A stretch of 47,519 bases of DNA from Reclinomonas americana ATCC 50394 (lineage: Eukaryota): contig PS015083.1 of assembly GCA_048213135.1 (NCBI GenBank), positions 89,116 through 136,634 on the forward strand, read 5' to 3'. Below, piece by piece: positions 46,601 to 47,519 of this stretch. A program made the translations under genes and the position numbers. A model generated the notes under the pieces. The model was not told where the DNA came from. It saw nothing but the letters and a program-made list of their open reading frames with translations, and searched no databases. Positions within the stretch are counted from its first letter, which is position 1. Each line of letters opens with the position of its first letter.

Positions 46601-47519
46601 ACAACGGTGGACTCTCATACGCGGCAACGTTTACCATCGGTATGTGTTTTTTGTGCCATCAAGTGTCTCCCTTGCCACTGAGAAAGCGCCTCTCGCTGAC
46701 GCTCATGTGACGTGCCTATGCAGTGCGGAACCAGGCGCCAACGGCCGTAAGCTTGTCGCCCGCGAGCTACGTGTCACCGAGCACTGTCAACCAAGTCATT
46801 GGCACCCTGAGCACCACCGACGGCGACATGGGTCAGACGTACACATACTCGGTGGTTGGTGGCGCCGATGCTGCTTCGGTGACCATCTCCGGTGGCAACC
46901 AGCTGCAGTTCGCAGTCGCCGGCGTCACCAGCACTATGACAGTCATTGTTAGGACGACTGACAACGGATCGCCAGCGGCAACGTACGACCAAACATTCTC
47001 AATTGCCAGTGCGTTTCTGTGTTTCTTTGCATCGCTCTGTGATCGTTGAGTCACTCAGTCATCTGAGCGTCTCTTTTTCAATCGTGCAGCTGGCGCGGGA
47101 AATAGCGCCCCCACCGGCGTGTCTCTCAGTGTGTCGTCATATGCACCTCCGAGCACAGTCAATCAAGTGATTGGCACGTTGAGCTCCACCGATCCGGACG
47201 TTGGCCAGACATTCACCTACTCGGTGGTCGGTGGCGCCGACGCCGCGTCTGTTACCATTGCCAGTGGTAATCAGCTGCAGTTTGCCGCCGCCAGCGTCAC
47301 CAACAACTTGACAGTGATTGTGCGGACGACGGACAACGGCGTGCCAGCACTTTCGTTTGACCAGACTCTGACGATTACAGGCAAGTATGAATCTCAGCAA
47401 GAGGCGAGCTAGAAACTGATGCTGATCGACCTTCTGTTGTGCAGCACAAAACAACGCACCAACTGATATTGTGCTGTCAGCAACGACGTACGCGCCGCCA
47501 AGCACGACGAATCTCGTCA
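43699..47519 (+). CDS. Large secreted/surface protein with NHL repeats, a partial FN3-like domain and tandem cadherin-like repeats; runs off the window end
   Basis: Probable signal exon 43699-43798 (MVKHSRSARVLHIPLAALLLVWVVALATHFALS); its link across the gap is inferred. NHL motifs include LYVADPGNRTIR, ARFTTPSGMAI and VSTFAGLPGTTGQVDG. FN3-like ISGLLSGRTYYY. Repeats read N.APT..SLS..IGTLSTTD.D.GQTYTYSVVGGAD..VRTTDNG. Confidence 0.85.

Noticed and set aside
1-47519. Alternative genetic code
   Set aside because: The conserved exons I read translate without internal stops, and TAA, TAG and TGA all occur as terminators.

Overview
Gene-dense, intron-rich eukaryotic genomic DNA from a gapped scaffold, most likely a flagellated protist because it carries CFAP61; the lineage cannot be determined from this window. 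Introns are short GT-AG spliceosomal introns, so the six-frame ORF track mostly shows exon fragments and shadow ORFs. I spliced about 19 genes by eye: ThrRS (3' end), LSM2, RPL3, an HExxH membrane protein resembling an uncharacterised Chlamydiae/PVC family, a SPRING1/C12orf49-like gene, a GARP/Myb (SHAQKYF-class) factor, a double-homeodomain TALE-like factor, SCAI, a Frag1/DRAM/Sfk1 protein, a short PACS-N protein, a TPR + helical + SPRY-like protein, a U-box protein with five copies of a ~79-aa repeat I cannot assign, a head-to-head pair of secreted low-complexity proteins, ITPK1, a TrmH/SpoU methyltransferase, CFAP61, an LCL3-like nuclease, and a large secreted NHL/FN3/cadherin-like protein. 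Two gap-flanked contigs (7983-8435 and 20451-21317) sit inverted inside genes, most likely from mis-scaffolding. I saw no tRNA, rRNA, CRISPR array or recognisable transposon. All family calls come from motif recognition, not database searches, and exon boundaries are manual.
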